This document shows, piece after piece, positions 10,901 through 22,569 of a DNA stretch of 64,000 nucleotides (within the stretch, counting starts at the first letter, position 1; every line of letters starts with the position of its first letter). A program made the translations under genes and the position numbers. The notes beneath the pieces were generated by a model. That model was given only the letters and a program-made list of their open reading frames with translations, was not told where the DNA came from and did not search any database. The stretch is from assembly GCF_004010195.1 (NCBI RefSeq), contig NC_057719.1, positions 66,738,421 through 66,802,420 of the forward strand, written 5' to 3'. This stretch comes from Chiloscyllium plagiosum (Eukaryota).

Positions 10901-13900
10901 TCAGCATTGAAACAATGTCATTCCAGTACATATATATCCACAATAGTATGCATTTTGGCCCATTGATGTAATAATAAAATGTAAATTCCTTAACAGTACC
11001 CACCGAGTATAATCTAATGGTGAAATATTATGTTAATGTCGCAAAATCATAATCTGTTTTTTCGGAATAGTACTATTCATATTAATAATATTATCTGTAA
11101 AAAAAATCATGAACTATGCATGATAAAACCTCAAGCATTCTAATCAATAAGGCCAGAAAATAAAATTAATGTTGCCACACAAGTCTTAGCAAATAGTATG
11201 AATTCTTATCTCCTTGTTTATAGCAATAATGTAACTGCTCTTGAAATAAATTATTTGGTAGTTCTACCAAATTTGAAGGACTCTCAGGTGCGACAGGCTT
11301 TCACGCAGCCTGTTCACATTTTTTAGGCAATGGTGGTTTCTGATACTCATGAGTAGGGAGTAGGTATTGTTAAACATGTGTAGATCCACGGCAAAAGGGT
11401 GAAAACGTGAATTTCACATCCTTGGAATTACTCAATAAAGGAAAGAGCGATGCAGCTGGTTGGAAAAAGTGAATTCGAATTGATCTGACAATAAATCACG
11501 AAACTATGGCAATACTTTTGAAGTGTGTGATTTTAAATTTGATGTTGTTTGTACCACAGAAGAATGCAAGGACTTCAGAATTGTTGTGAAGAGGCTGATA
11601 GTAATGATGCAATGTAAGCATTTGTGGTGAGTCACTTAGTTAATGTAATATGTTCGTGAAATAAGATTACCATTGAGCACTTTCCCCCCATTTAGAGCGT
11701 TATGGCCGAGACATTAAATCCGACTGAAAATACTGACAGTTGCATCTTTGAATTGAGCTTTACTGTTATTCGTGCAATAACTGAATGAATAACAATTGCG
11801 ATTTCAACATGTTTGTTGATTAAAAATTAATTTTTATACTGTGCGCTTTAAACACCATGACATTCATTTAAGCTTTGCTGAGTTGGCTTGGAATCAACAT
11901 TTGATTTCGTCAGCGTTACTGTGTAATCGCGTCAACAAAAATGGTAAACAAAATCCACATTTCAATCATTCAAATTCTTTAAAGATCGCCTGAAGCATTT
12001 TTTTCAATTATTGGCCAAACATTTTTGTCTGTTGTGTATGTTTATTATTATACTATGCAGTGGGCAAGAACTGTAGCAAGGACAAATCTTTCCCAGGACT
12101 ATTCTTACAGATCAGAGAGAAGGTATACAGCACTATGCTGAGTTGCCAAGAAGCAAATGCACGGCATACTGGTCGGTGCTGTAACAATTCCAACCTAGTG
12201 GAGATGGTTAACTTTCCCTTGAATTTCTCCTATGCCACATTGTCTTTGGGAATGATTACAGGATAGTGAGATGGCTTTGCGTTCTTGGCATAAAATATGG
12301 AGGATTTGACTGCAAAGAGAGAGAAGCCCAGAATGGTTTAATTCTTAAACTGGGGATGGTATTGGGGCCGGGGGCGGGGGGGGGGGGGGGGGGGGGCTGG
12401 TGGCGGTGAGGAACGCTACATAACATTCACAGAATGACATTGTTACGGCCACTCAGCCCATCGTGTCTACCCCGGCTCACCATCGAGCACTGAAATCACG
12501 CTGAGGTCTATTTCTCGAAATAGTTCATCATCGATTTCCCAGAAGTAATAGCAAGTAAAAGTTGATCGATGGATTCTGCAGGTACTTCCAACTTAGAGAG
12601 AAGGGAAACTGTCTTCTGATGTATATTTTTAAAAAGCGATTTTTTTAAACTGCACATGACATGAGTCACGGCAACTGAATTGCTGTCCCTCTGTGTCACT
12701 TGTCCCCCTCCCCGCATCCTCCGCTGCAAGTTGTTACTTGAGACAACTCTCACTGCTTCCTTTTCGAGTCTGATAAGGCTGCAGTACCCCCAGCCATTTT
12801 CTCTCTCATCTCCCCACCCCTCCAACCCTGACGCCCCAGTGCCAATGTGAAACATAGATAAAAGCGATTAAAAAAAAAGTCATTCACTAATGTAACAGAA
12901 AAACGAACATGTCGGAAGCCCTTCTTCGCGAATTATTGTTCTGTGTGATACCTTTGTGTCAATCTGACCGCATCCTGGAATCTCATCATTATATGGGCCA
13001 CCGCCGACAGCAAACCGGGGATGCTGAGGATGCGTCTCCGTTTACCAGAGCGGAAAATACCGACTGCGGGTGGGGGGAAAAAAAAACAAGGAACAGAGAG
13101 AACCAAAACACGATTTCTTTTTTAAGATATTAAGGACACCAAAATGAGAAAATCAAGAAAAGAGGAAGACTGCAGGAAATATTAAACTGACTGGGCTATG
13201 GAGAGACATTTAGATTAAAGATCAGCGGGAATTCACGCTGCATTCAAAATAAAAGCACACAGAAGGCTTTGGTAAAGTGCAGGATGTTGTTTGAAGAAGC
13301 CAATATAATCTGGGTGTTGGAAAGAAAGTAACAGGCGAAAGCTGCAGTCCACACCGACCATTGATTTTTGTGAGCTCCCTCCCCATTTACATCGATGTGA
13401 GTTATACTTGAGTTCAGGGAGAGAGAAAGCACAATATCATCTCTCCCCCAGAGGTGGGGAGCTGTTAACCAGGTTACTACTGCTGCATTCTGAGCCGACA
13501 CGGACACACTGGCCGGCGTAAACATCCAGGCATTCGCTGCTGAGAGCCAGCAGTTAGACAGAGAGTGCCTCTCTCCGTCTGTCCATCCGCCGACAAGTCG
13601 GTATTGCCCGCTCTACAGGGTAAAAAATACTCCGGCTTCCTGATCCCGGCTCCGCGGGAGGTTGGAGGTACGGAGTAACCGGGACTAGCCTGGGCTGACA
13701 GTCCAGCCTCAGCTCACCGTCAGCACAAGGAAGGGAGAACCGAATGGGAAAGGTATAGAAACACACAGAGAGAGAGAGAGAGATGTGAGGCAGAAGTACA
13801 TGGAACAAGGAGGGAGAATCAATTCAGCCGCACCACTCAGCTCTCCTGCCTCCTGATAGTTTCCGCCAATGTCCTGTTAAACATCTGGGCGTGTTGCTTT

Positions 13901-13931
13901 GTTTTACTGTTAAAGGCTGGGGTATACTCAC

Positions 13932-14066
13932 CTGACCCCGGCCCCTGACTGTAGACTGCAGCCTCCGGGTTCAGACAGGAGCTGGCCTCGCCCGAATGTG
14001 AGAAGCTGTGGGCGCTGCTGGCAGCTCCATGAGCTGGCCGCTCCTCCGCGGTACACATTCCCCCCG
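13932..14066 (-). other. GREM1: Probable non-coding exon 1 (5' UTR) of GREM1
   Basis: Strong donor CAG|GTGAGT with the intron starting at 13931, inside a CpG-rich region and ~30 nt downstream of a TTTTAAA box. Gives a ~12.1 kb intron (1846-13931), matching the two-exon GREM1 layout. The TSS is estimated. Confidence 0.7.
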
Positions 14067-14260
14067 CCTCCCCGGATCGTGCAGTCACGTTTAAAAGCGA
14101 AGAATTCTCCAAACCCCCTCGCGATCATTGGCTACAAATCAATCCGCCCACAAAACAGGGTCCGAACGGAAACCGCATGGGATCCTCACCTCCCCCTCCC
14201 GGCCAGGCCATCCCCCCCAGCAGCTCGGACAGTAAATAGCGGGCGCTTGGGAACAAATTA
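14067..14260 (-). promoter_or_regulatory. GREM1 core/proximal promoter
   Basis: On the minus strand: TTTTAAA at 14096-14090, CCAAT at 14131-14127 and GC box GGGCGG at 14149-14144, in canonical order. CpG-rich context from ~12.9 to 14.7 kb. Confidence 0.65.
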
Positions 14261-15089
14261 TTGAAGAGCAGCACGATAGGAGATTACAGAGTTTTGTTGT
14301 TGCTAACTCTGTGCGTGTTCGCCACCAATCCAGCGATTTATGAATGAGCTCGCGAATGCACCCTGAAACATCCAGAAAGTCTCAACGCGTCCTCAAAATA
14401 AACTAATGTGACGTTTACACTGCTGGGAGCCTAGCACATTTGCCCTTATTAAATCTTTTAAAGTGAGTTATGTTGTCAATTGATTGTCAGTCCAGTTTCT
14501 CCACCTTTATTTGTTCATTCCCCCCCTTTGAACAGTGACTGACTTGGGAAAGCTGAGTTCATGCGAGTTGGTTCCGAGCCGGAGCCATGTAATGTCCACT
14601 TTGTTCCGGCCCTTCGCTTGGCCGTCCAGGAATTCCAATTCACGGTACTAAGCGGGTTACTATTTTAAAGTGGATGATATAGGCAATCTCTGACAGCTAA
14701 AAGTGATGAGACTCGATTCCCTGGTGTGTTTAAATGTCACAAAAGACAGCTTCCCCCATTCACTATTTGTGGTGTGATGTACAGTGCAGTAATGTAAAAA
14801 TCATTGAGCTCCGCTATATCCCAGAATAGATTGAACCCCAGAGTACATCCCTCCAATCTTCTTAGGATGCCAGCTTCTGCTGTTGATCTTAAACATACCG
14901 ATTCTCAATCAAACAGTTCTTCGGGCATAGGGGGTGGGATGTCCTGCGAGGTATTGGCATCAGGAATTGCTTCTATTTCCTTCCTTCTCTGCCACCATCC
15001 TGCCTCATCCTTCAGGCATCTGGAAGCATTAGTGGATGCATCTCAGTGAATAAGTTATGGCCAATTGGTGGCAGGCTGCTCCCAATTAA

Positions 15090-15581
15090 AAATATCAATG
15101 ATGTGGAGTGCATTATTTCCCCCTTCAACTCTATTTTGATTTAGTCCCTACCCTCCCCCTCACTGTTTTGATCACACAGCACTGTCCTTTGATGTGAAGG
15201 GCAGTGTTTGTCACTGGCCACCCGGGTGTTTTCCTATCTTCCTGGTGGTGGAAATTGAATAAAAAATTCATGCACTTTGTGTCCTTCACTGTGTTTCACA
15301 CGTATACACACACACAAAAACAAAATAGGAAAAAAAGAAAAAAAAAAGAAAAAGAAAAAAAATAAACCAGAGCTTCTTTCCTCAGTGCTGTAAAAGAAAT
15401 GAATAATTAAAAAAAATCAATGATGTGGAGTGCATTATTTCCCCCTCCAACTCTATTTTGATTTAATCCCTGCCCTCCCCTTCACTGTGTGATCCCCTTT
15501 GATCACACAGCACTGCCCTTTTGTGAAGGGCACTGCTTGTCACTGGCCACTCGGGTGTTTTCCCTATTGAGAGTTGGATCA

Positions 15582-15613
<32 letters not shown>

Positions 15614-15680
15614 ACGTGCAAGGTTCTCCTCCTTGAAGAGGACTGTTCCTGGACTAGCTAAAAAAGAAATCAATGATGTC
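15090..15680 (+). repeat. Two tandem copies of an unclassified ~150-200 bp repeat with A-rich and (TG)n tracts
   Basis: TCAATGATGTGGAGTGCATTATTTCCCCC...CACTGGCCAC(C/T)CGGGTGTTTTCC at ~15095-15235 and ~15417-15565. A third TCAATGATGT occurs at ~15670. Confidence 0.75.
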
Positions 15681-15739
15681 GTATTTTAAGGAAAGCTTCA
15701 GAGTTTTTCAGTGGGCAACTATGGCAAGGCCAAAATGTA

Positions 15740-17050
15740 TCCATCCCTAGATGTCCTTGAAAAGGTTGTGGTGAGCTGTCTTGTTGAACCGTTACAGTCT
15801 ATGTGCTGCACAGGTAGACCCACAATGCTTTTAGGGAGGGAATTCCAGGATTTTGACCCAGCCATACTGAAGGAATTGTGTCATATTTCCAAGTCAGGAT
15901 AGTGTGCATCTTGCAAGTAATAATGTTCCTCCTTATCTATTACTCCTGTCTTCTAGATTGATGTGGTTGTGGGTTTGGAAGGTGCTGCTTAAATGTCTTT
16001 GATTAATTTCTGCAGTGCATCTTGTGGACAGTATGTCTTGCTGCTACTGAGCTTCAGTGGTGGAGGTAATGCATGTTTGTGAATGTAGTGCCAATCAAAT
16101 GGGCTGTTTTATCCTGGATGGTGTCAAGCTTCTTCTGTGTTTTTGGAGCTACCCTCATGCAGGCAAGGAGGGGGGGAGTATTCCATTACACTCCTGACTT
16201 GTGAATTTAGATGGTTGTTGGGCTTTGGAAAGTCAGGAGTCACTGCAATATTCCTAGCCTCTGGCCTGCTGTTGTTCCATTAGGTGGTGTTCCATCAGGG
16301 GAAATAGATAGAGTAGACAGTCAGAGACTTTTTCCCCAGGTACAACAGAGTGTTACAAGGGGACATAAATTTAAGGTGAAAGGTGGAAGGTATAGGGGGG
16401 ATGTCAGGGGTAGGTCCTCTACCCAGAGAGTGGTGGGGGCATGGAGTGCACTGCCTGTGGGAGTGGCAGAGTCAGAATCATTGGTGACCTTTAAGCGACA
16501 ATTGGATAGGTACATGGATAGGTGCTTAAGCTAGGACAAATGTTCGGCACAACATCGTGGGCCGAAGGGCCTGTTCTGTGCTGTATTGTTCTATGTTCTA
16601 TTAGGTGCAGTTGAGTTTCTAGTCAATGATAAAACCCAAAACATTGATAATGGGGGAATTCAGTGATGGTAACACCATTGAATGTCATGAGGCAGTGGTT
16701 AGATTGTCTCTTATTGGTGATGGTCATTGCCTGGTATTTGTGTGGTGAAAATGTTGCTTGCCACTTGTTAGCCCAAGGCTGGATATTGTCAAGATCTCAT
16801 TCCATTTGAACATAGACTGCTTCATTGTTTGTGAATGGTGCTGAATATTGTGCAATCATCAGTGAACATTCCCACTTCTAACCTTATGTGGAAGGGAAGG
16901 TCATTGAAGAAGCAGCTGAAGATGGTTGAGCCTGAGGAACTCCTGCTGAGATGTTCTGGAGCTGAGATGACTGACCTCAAAACAATCACAACCATCTTCA
17001 TATGTGCCAGGTATGACTCCAACCAACAGTGAGTTTTCTCCTGCTTCCTA
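15740..17050 (-). mobile_element. Old CR1/L2-like LINE RT fragment, interrupted by a younger CR1 3' fragment (+ strand, 16287-16600)
   Basis: Minus-strand peptide ...TIFSCFFNDLPFHIRLEVGMFTDDCTIFSTI (FADD-like). The insert translates to HKFKVKGGRYRGDVRGR...RVVGAWSALP and ends in (TGTTCTA)n. Confidence 0.75.
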
Positions 17051-17099
17051 TTCATTACGGTTTTGCAGCTGCTTGGTGGTCCCACATATGCACTGACTT

Positions 17100-18200
17100 T
17101 CACATGCCGATGCCACTGTTGCCCAGACTTCAGAAACATACAAACTGCTCCTGGAATCCCTTTGTTTGGTTAGGGCTGAGATATTTATCTTCTTGTGATT
17201 CTTGTGGTTCTTGTGATCTGTCCAATAGTCATTTGTCCAATCCCTGCATGGATTGGATGATACAAACATTACTGAGTTCGTTGACCCAAGCAATGACAGA
17301 ATCCAGGAGGTGCCAGTGTTTTGATCTGGATGTGTCCATGTATTTTATACTTGTCTTTCTGGCAGAGCGGGTGTATGCTCTAATGAGACTATGCTCAATA
17401 TCCTTTGTTCGGATGAAGACATTGTTTGTCATGACTTTACCCAGCATGATTTTCCCACCCAAAGGTTCTGCTTCAGATGTCAGAATCATGGTCAACCCTA
17501 ACATTGCAGGAGATCTTTTTTTTTCCCCTTACAGTGAAGATTTCATCAAGATCAGAATAGAACTTCTCCCTAGTATCCTGCATCAGAGTCAAGGATCAGG
17601 GCATAAAGTCTGGTGATTGTGGCATATTGGTTATGGCTGACCTGGGTGTGAGGTGTTATGAGCCTTGGATTTACACAATTGATGAGTTCTGGCAGTGTAT
17701 GCAAGAGCCTATTCCAGTCAGTAAAACCAACTGAGGGCTGCAGTCGATCTTACCTTTCAGTTGTGCTTCCACAGGTTTTAGTAAGGGCAGTGACGTCAAG
17801 TTTGGAGTCTTGACAAGCATGATGTGGATTCAGTTCTTCTTTCGAGACATTCAGTATTGAGCTTATCTGTGAATGGTGTAACATTCCAAGTTGCACAATG
17901 TAGAATTTGGAAGCCAGCAGCTGATTTGGTTTAATGTTGCGCTGAAGCTTGGGGACCCATACCGTCTTGACGGGCTGGATGGTCAATCAGGTGCTGAACC
18001 AGGGAGCAGGGCCAACGTGTTGCTGCAGCACCCTCCCTCGATCTTGCAGCCAGTGAGATCGCCCTCGCTCTGCCCCTGAGGACAACTTGGGGCGCAGTTT
18101 GGCCGGGACCTCCGTACCATCTGAGCGCCATGTGTGGCCCGACCAACAGGAGCAAAGAGCACCGCACAAGGCATTACCCCAACGTACGACAGGGTGCAGA
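17100..18200 (-). mobile_element. Degenerate RTE-clade LINE 5' region/AP endonuclease
   Basis: Peptide remnants RSKHWHLLDSVI...LSNVCIIQSMQG and YWTDH match the RTE endonuclease signature (HPRSKHWHLIDY...CWTDH). The 5' boundary is uncertain. Confidence 0.6.
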
Positions 18201-21200
18201 TATGATTACACAGTTTCTTTGCCCTTCCAAAGCTGGAAGGAAAGAATAGCAAAACCATTTCGGTATTACTCGTCCTTAAATTTAAAATGTAGAAGTTTCT
18301 ACAATTTTTACGTCGAATTTTTTACGTTCCCTACATAGTCCCGTGTAAGAGGAAATTAGGAAAGCAGCGGTGAACTGTCCGTTCCTCTCTCCAAGAACAC
18401 AGGCTGCTGTTCCTCTGGATGGGCTGAGATCACTCTGCATGAAGCATTGAGCACCTCTATCACCCTCTGATTAAGGCAACCGTTGCTGTGGTAGATGTAA
18501 ACGGGCATTCTAACACCAGAAGATGTTTATAGGGCGTGTGAACATGTTCGATGCAAATGGATATAACGAATCTAAGAAGAAGAAAAAAACTTACTCCCAA
18601 AATGTGAACTCCATTGTATCCCTCATCGCGCCGTTTGGTTAACCGCTGTACTTTGCAATAGCTAACTCACAGGAGACGAGACAAATTTGCAAATTAAGCA
18701 ATGCATTTGATCTACTTTTGTGCACCATTTACAAGGGGAATAGCAGTTTATTTTATTACGTGCACTGGGAGAAATTCCAGATTGAGTTTGACGCATGTAA
18801 TCTTGTTTGGGAACCCGTTTAATTAAAGAACTCCCCGCCACCAATATTTGCCGAGTCCAGTCGCTCTCCCTCCCAATTTTGTTCCAGTTTGCAGCTCCCA
18901 CATCTCAGTGCTCCTTAAAACGTTAGCAGGCTCTACATTTAAAAACGTTCGGATGCCTTTTACGCCTATCGATACGAAATGGTTAGCAATAATCCTCAGT
19001 GTATTTGTCAAACGTGTTAATGTCACGGACAACTGCAACACAAATAATTCTATTTGAAAAATAACATCGTGAAGCCATTAGAAGTGATCAGAAAAAAAAA
19101 GAAATCGAAGCATGTGATTGTCCCGTTTGTAGATTTTTTTTAAAAAACAATCAAATGAGAGACGGTTCTGCTTTCCGCGGTGAGTGTTTGAGAACTAAAT
19201 TTGTACCGTTCACTCTCAGAACGAACGGCCTGAAATATTAAACTCTGTTTCTCTTGCCGCACTGACGCCAGTTCTGCTGGCAATTACTGAATTGATTGCA
19301 CATTTCAATCACCCACAGAATTTCACTTATTTTCAAACTCATTCGTGTAATATTGTAAGTAACGAGTTCTCTGACACACACACTAAGCTACAAATGTGTG
19401 ATTCCATTAAAACGTGAACTGTGGCTTTTTGACTGACTGGATTCCAGCGTTCCTACCACCCCCACCCCCCCTTTTAACTGGGAAGGGATCTTTCCCCGTT
19501 GTCTCTTTCTGTTCGGCGGCACAGTTCCTCGGTCTTTGCCTTGATCAGTATCCGAGCTATCCGCGATGCCAATGAAACACCCGGGATGCACAGTGAGATG
19601 GCGACGCGAACAGCCGATGGAAACTGGCGCCAGTAAATCAGCCTTTATACCCAGAGGTTGCACAGCATCTATTGAGATTGATGTGCCAAACACAGCCTTC
19701 AGAATACTGGCCATTATGCCAATTCAAACAAGCAAGGTCCAATTTGATGTTAATGGGAATAAGTATTATCGAAATTAAATGCTGTGACATTTCACTCGTC
19801 CGGTACAATTTAGTTTCTCAGCCATGCGTCGAGAAAATCTACAATCTCATTTGTAACTCGAAAACATATCCTACGGGTGGAGGGGAGAAGCGCTATCACT
19901 CCTTCGTAATTTGAACTACAAGTTGTGTTAACTTAAAAATCGCACAACACCAAGTTACAGTCCAACAGGTTTATTTTTTTAAAACTTTTGTCCACCTCAG
20001 TCCCAACTCCGGCACCTCCACATGTATTAACTTGATATTTCTATTTAATGTGTTAAGAGAATAAGGCCAGTGTTGCTGATCCTGTTAGATCCCTACAGGA
20101 TCTGGTGGAGGAGTCGTAAATCCGCTGTTCCAGACCTGGAGCATTCAACTTGGTAGTTTGTTTTGTGGAATACCCTGAATATGGGTTATCCCACCATCAC
20201 AGACATTAAGATTATATTTCATTAATCTTTCAATCAATTTACAAGGCATTATTGCAGCTATCTTTAAACGTCTACCACATGTAAAGTAGTGGAGATTGAT
20301 CAGGAAATGTAATCAAAGTCCTTCTTCAGAAATCTGAGGTGTATTTAGATTTTAAGATGGGATGCAATGTAACCATTTCCCGGTTGCAAATTCCAAAGCC
20401 CGTGTTAAACGTGCAAATGTGTATAAACAGGATAATATGAAATATTAGGATATCGTGCGAGACTTTGTGGTGTGCCACATTTATTTCACCATTTTAAAAA
20501 AAACAGGTTTCACAGGGTCTGCCATGACTTTATGGTAAAAATGAATAAACTGTTCCCTCAGATCTTTGTAAGTCTGTTCTTTGTAAGAACACAGGAACAT
20601 GCTATTCAGCTTCTGCAACGGGGTCCATCGTTGAGTGGATCATGGCTGATTATCTACCGTAACACCATCTTCCCGTGCTATCCTCACGTCCCTTGATGTC
20701 ATTGGTAACTTTGAAAAAAAATCTATGGATTCCTGACTTGAATCAATGATTGAGCTTCCATAGCCCTCTGCGGTAGAGAATTTCAAACATCCTCTATTCT
20801 CTGAGTGAAGAAATCCCTCCTTGTCTCAGTCTGATAAATAGCCTACCTCCATTCTGAACGTGTGCCCCTGGTTCTAGACATCCCCTACCCTCAACACACA
20901 CACACACACAATGAAACACTTTTCCTGCATCTACCCGGCCCTGCCTTGAAAGAATGCTGTAAGTTTCAAGCGATTACTTCTCATTGTTCGAACCTATAGG
21001 GAATACTGTAGCGACCCTGTCGCAAAGGATGGTCCCACTATCCCTGGAGTTATTCTGATCAATCCATTTGATACCTTCTAAGCTTGTCAACTTGTATACG
21101 CCCTGACTTTCAGTGCTGTAGTGAAATTGGTAGCTTATACTGAAGTTTGCTATCCAGTGTCCATTGTCATTAACCTAATTAATGGCACACGTTGCTGGAG

Positions 21201-22569
21201 CAGGGCACGTCGCCCTTTTCGTTCAAAATTATCTCTCACCAACTAACTCATTTAAAAATGCTGAAAATTGATGCAAGTGCAAATTGGTATTCATAGAATG
21301 AGGGCACTGAGACTAAGGCAAATAAAAGATCGATATGTGCAACAAATCAAATGTAAGGCTATAACAGAAAAGGAAGAAGGAAATAGGATGAATTTGAATA
21401 AGCTTAGATATAGAAAGAAATAAGGTTAAGGAAAAGAGAGAATAGACAGGCAGAAATAAGACAAATATAAAAATATTTTTAAAACATTTCTAGGAAGAAC
21501 TTATTACCTGCAGGAATTAGACTCTGAAATTGACTAGAGAGGTTAAGCAGCATTACAGGAACGGTAATTTAATCACTCTAATGATTGTTATTTCAGTAAA
21601 TGTCAGACTTAACTTTCTGCAGCATGTTTAATTTGCACTTAACGTGAAGTACAGACATTTTTGAAACACCCCATTGGAATGTTGGTGTTGAGATCTTATT
21701 TGCATGAAATTTATGTCCAGTCTTCTACTTAAATGAGTGAGGATAGTGACGATGAGAAACGGTAAGGAAAGTATGTTTCCATTTGTGTATTGAACCCAGC
21801 CTCCAAGGAGACCTGGACTCAAAAGTGCGTGACAGTTGGTAGGCAGGTTGTAACTATCTCACAGACACTTTGCAAGCTTTTAATGACTTTTTTCAGCTAG
21901 CATACTATTATCTAGTTCCTTTGAGAAAGATATAAAAAAAAAGCTCTCCTTTGGAATTGGGCCTGTCCAATTTGTCCAACCCAGTCCTTTGAGTTGGGAA
22001 CCTCCCCATCATTTGAGATTGTCTCATTGGTGGTCTTTAAGAATGACCATGATACTCTTGTCAAAAACCTGCACATGGAGGAGGGCTTCTGAGTCCGGGG
22101 CACGTCTGCTCCATCTGGTTTTCTTTTTAATCTCTCTTCTCTCACTTTATTTTTCTCAGAAGAGCTCAGTCGCAGCGACGTCGTTGGTTCCAGCAAGTGA
22201 GCCCAGCAGTGTGGACTTGTGACAGCAGCATCAGGGAGAGTTGCGTTCCTGACAGCTTCTGCATAGCTCGGGCGCTTCCTGGTGCCAACTCATGGCTGTG
22301 GCGGAGGCAATTTTGGGTTCCCAGCAGCGGCTGTGTCCAGCACAGGTTCATGGAGGCGGTGGCGGAGGTTAGTTTGGGCCCAGCAGCACCAGCAGCAGCT
22401 GCATTGGTGAGGTGAGCCTGAAGCAGACTCATGGCAGGAGCGGAGTCGAGGTTGGGCTGATGCATTGGGGTGCTGTCTGCTTTGGCGAGGTCCAGCAATG
22501 CCTCATAGCAACGGGGACGCCAGTTGAGGTGAGGTGGTGCCGAAGATGGGGCGACTTAACAAGAGGGAC

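Noticed and set aside
12363..12396. Long G-run (possible G-quadruplex) in the GREM1 intron
   Set aside because: A simple homopolymer of unreliable length; similar runs occur inside repeats (e.g. ~46783-46804).
17900..18250. Possible HDV-like ribozyme in the RTE 5' region
   Set aside because: I could not build the nested double pseudoknot by eye; it needs a descriptor search.
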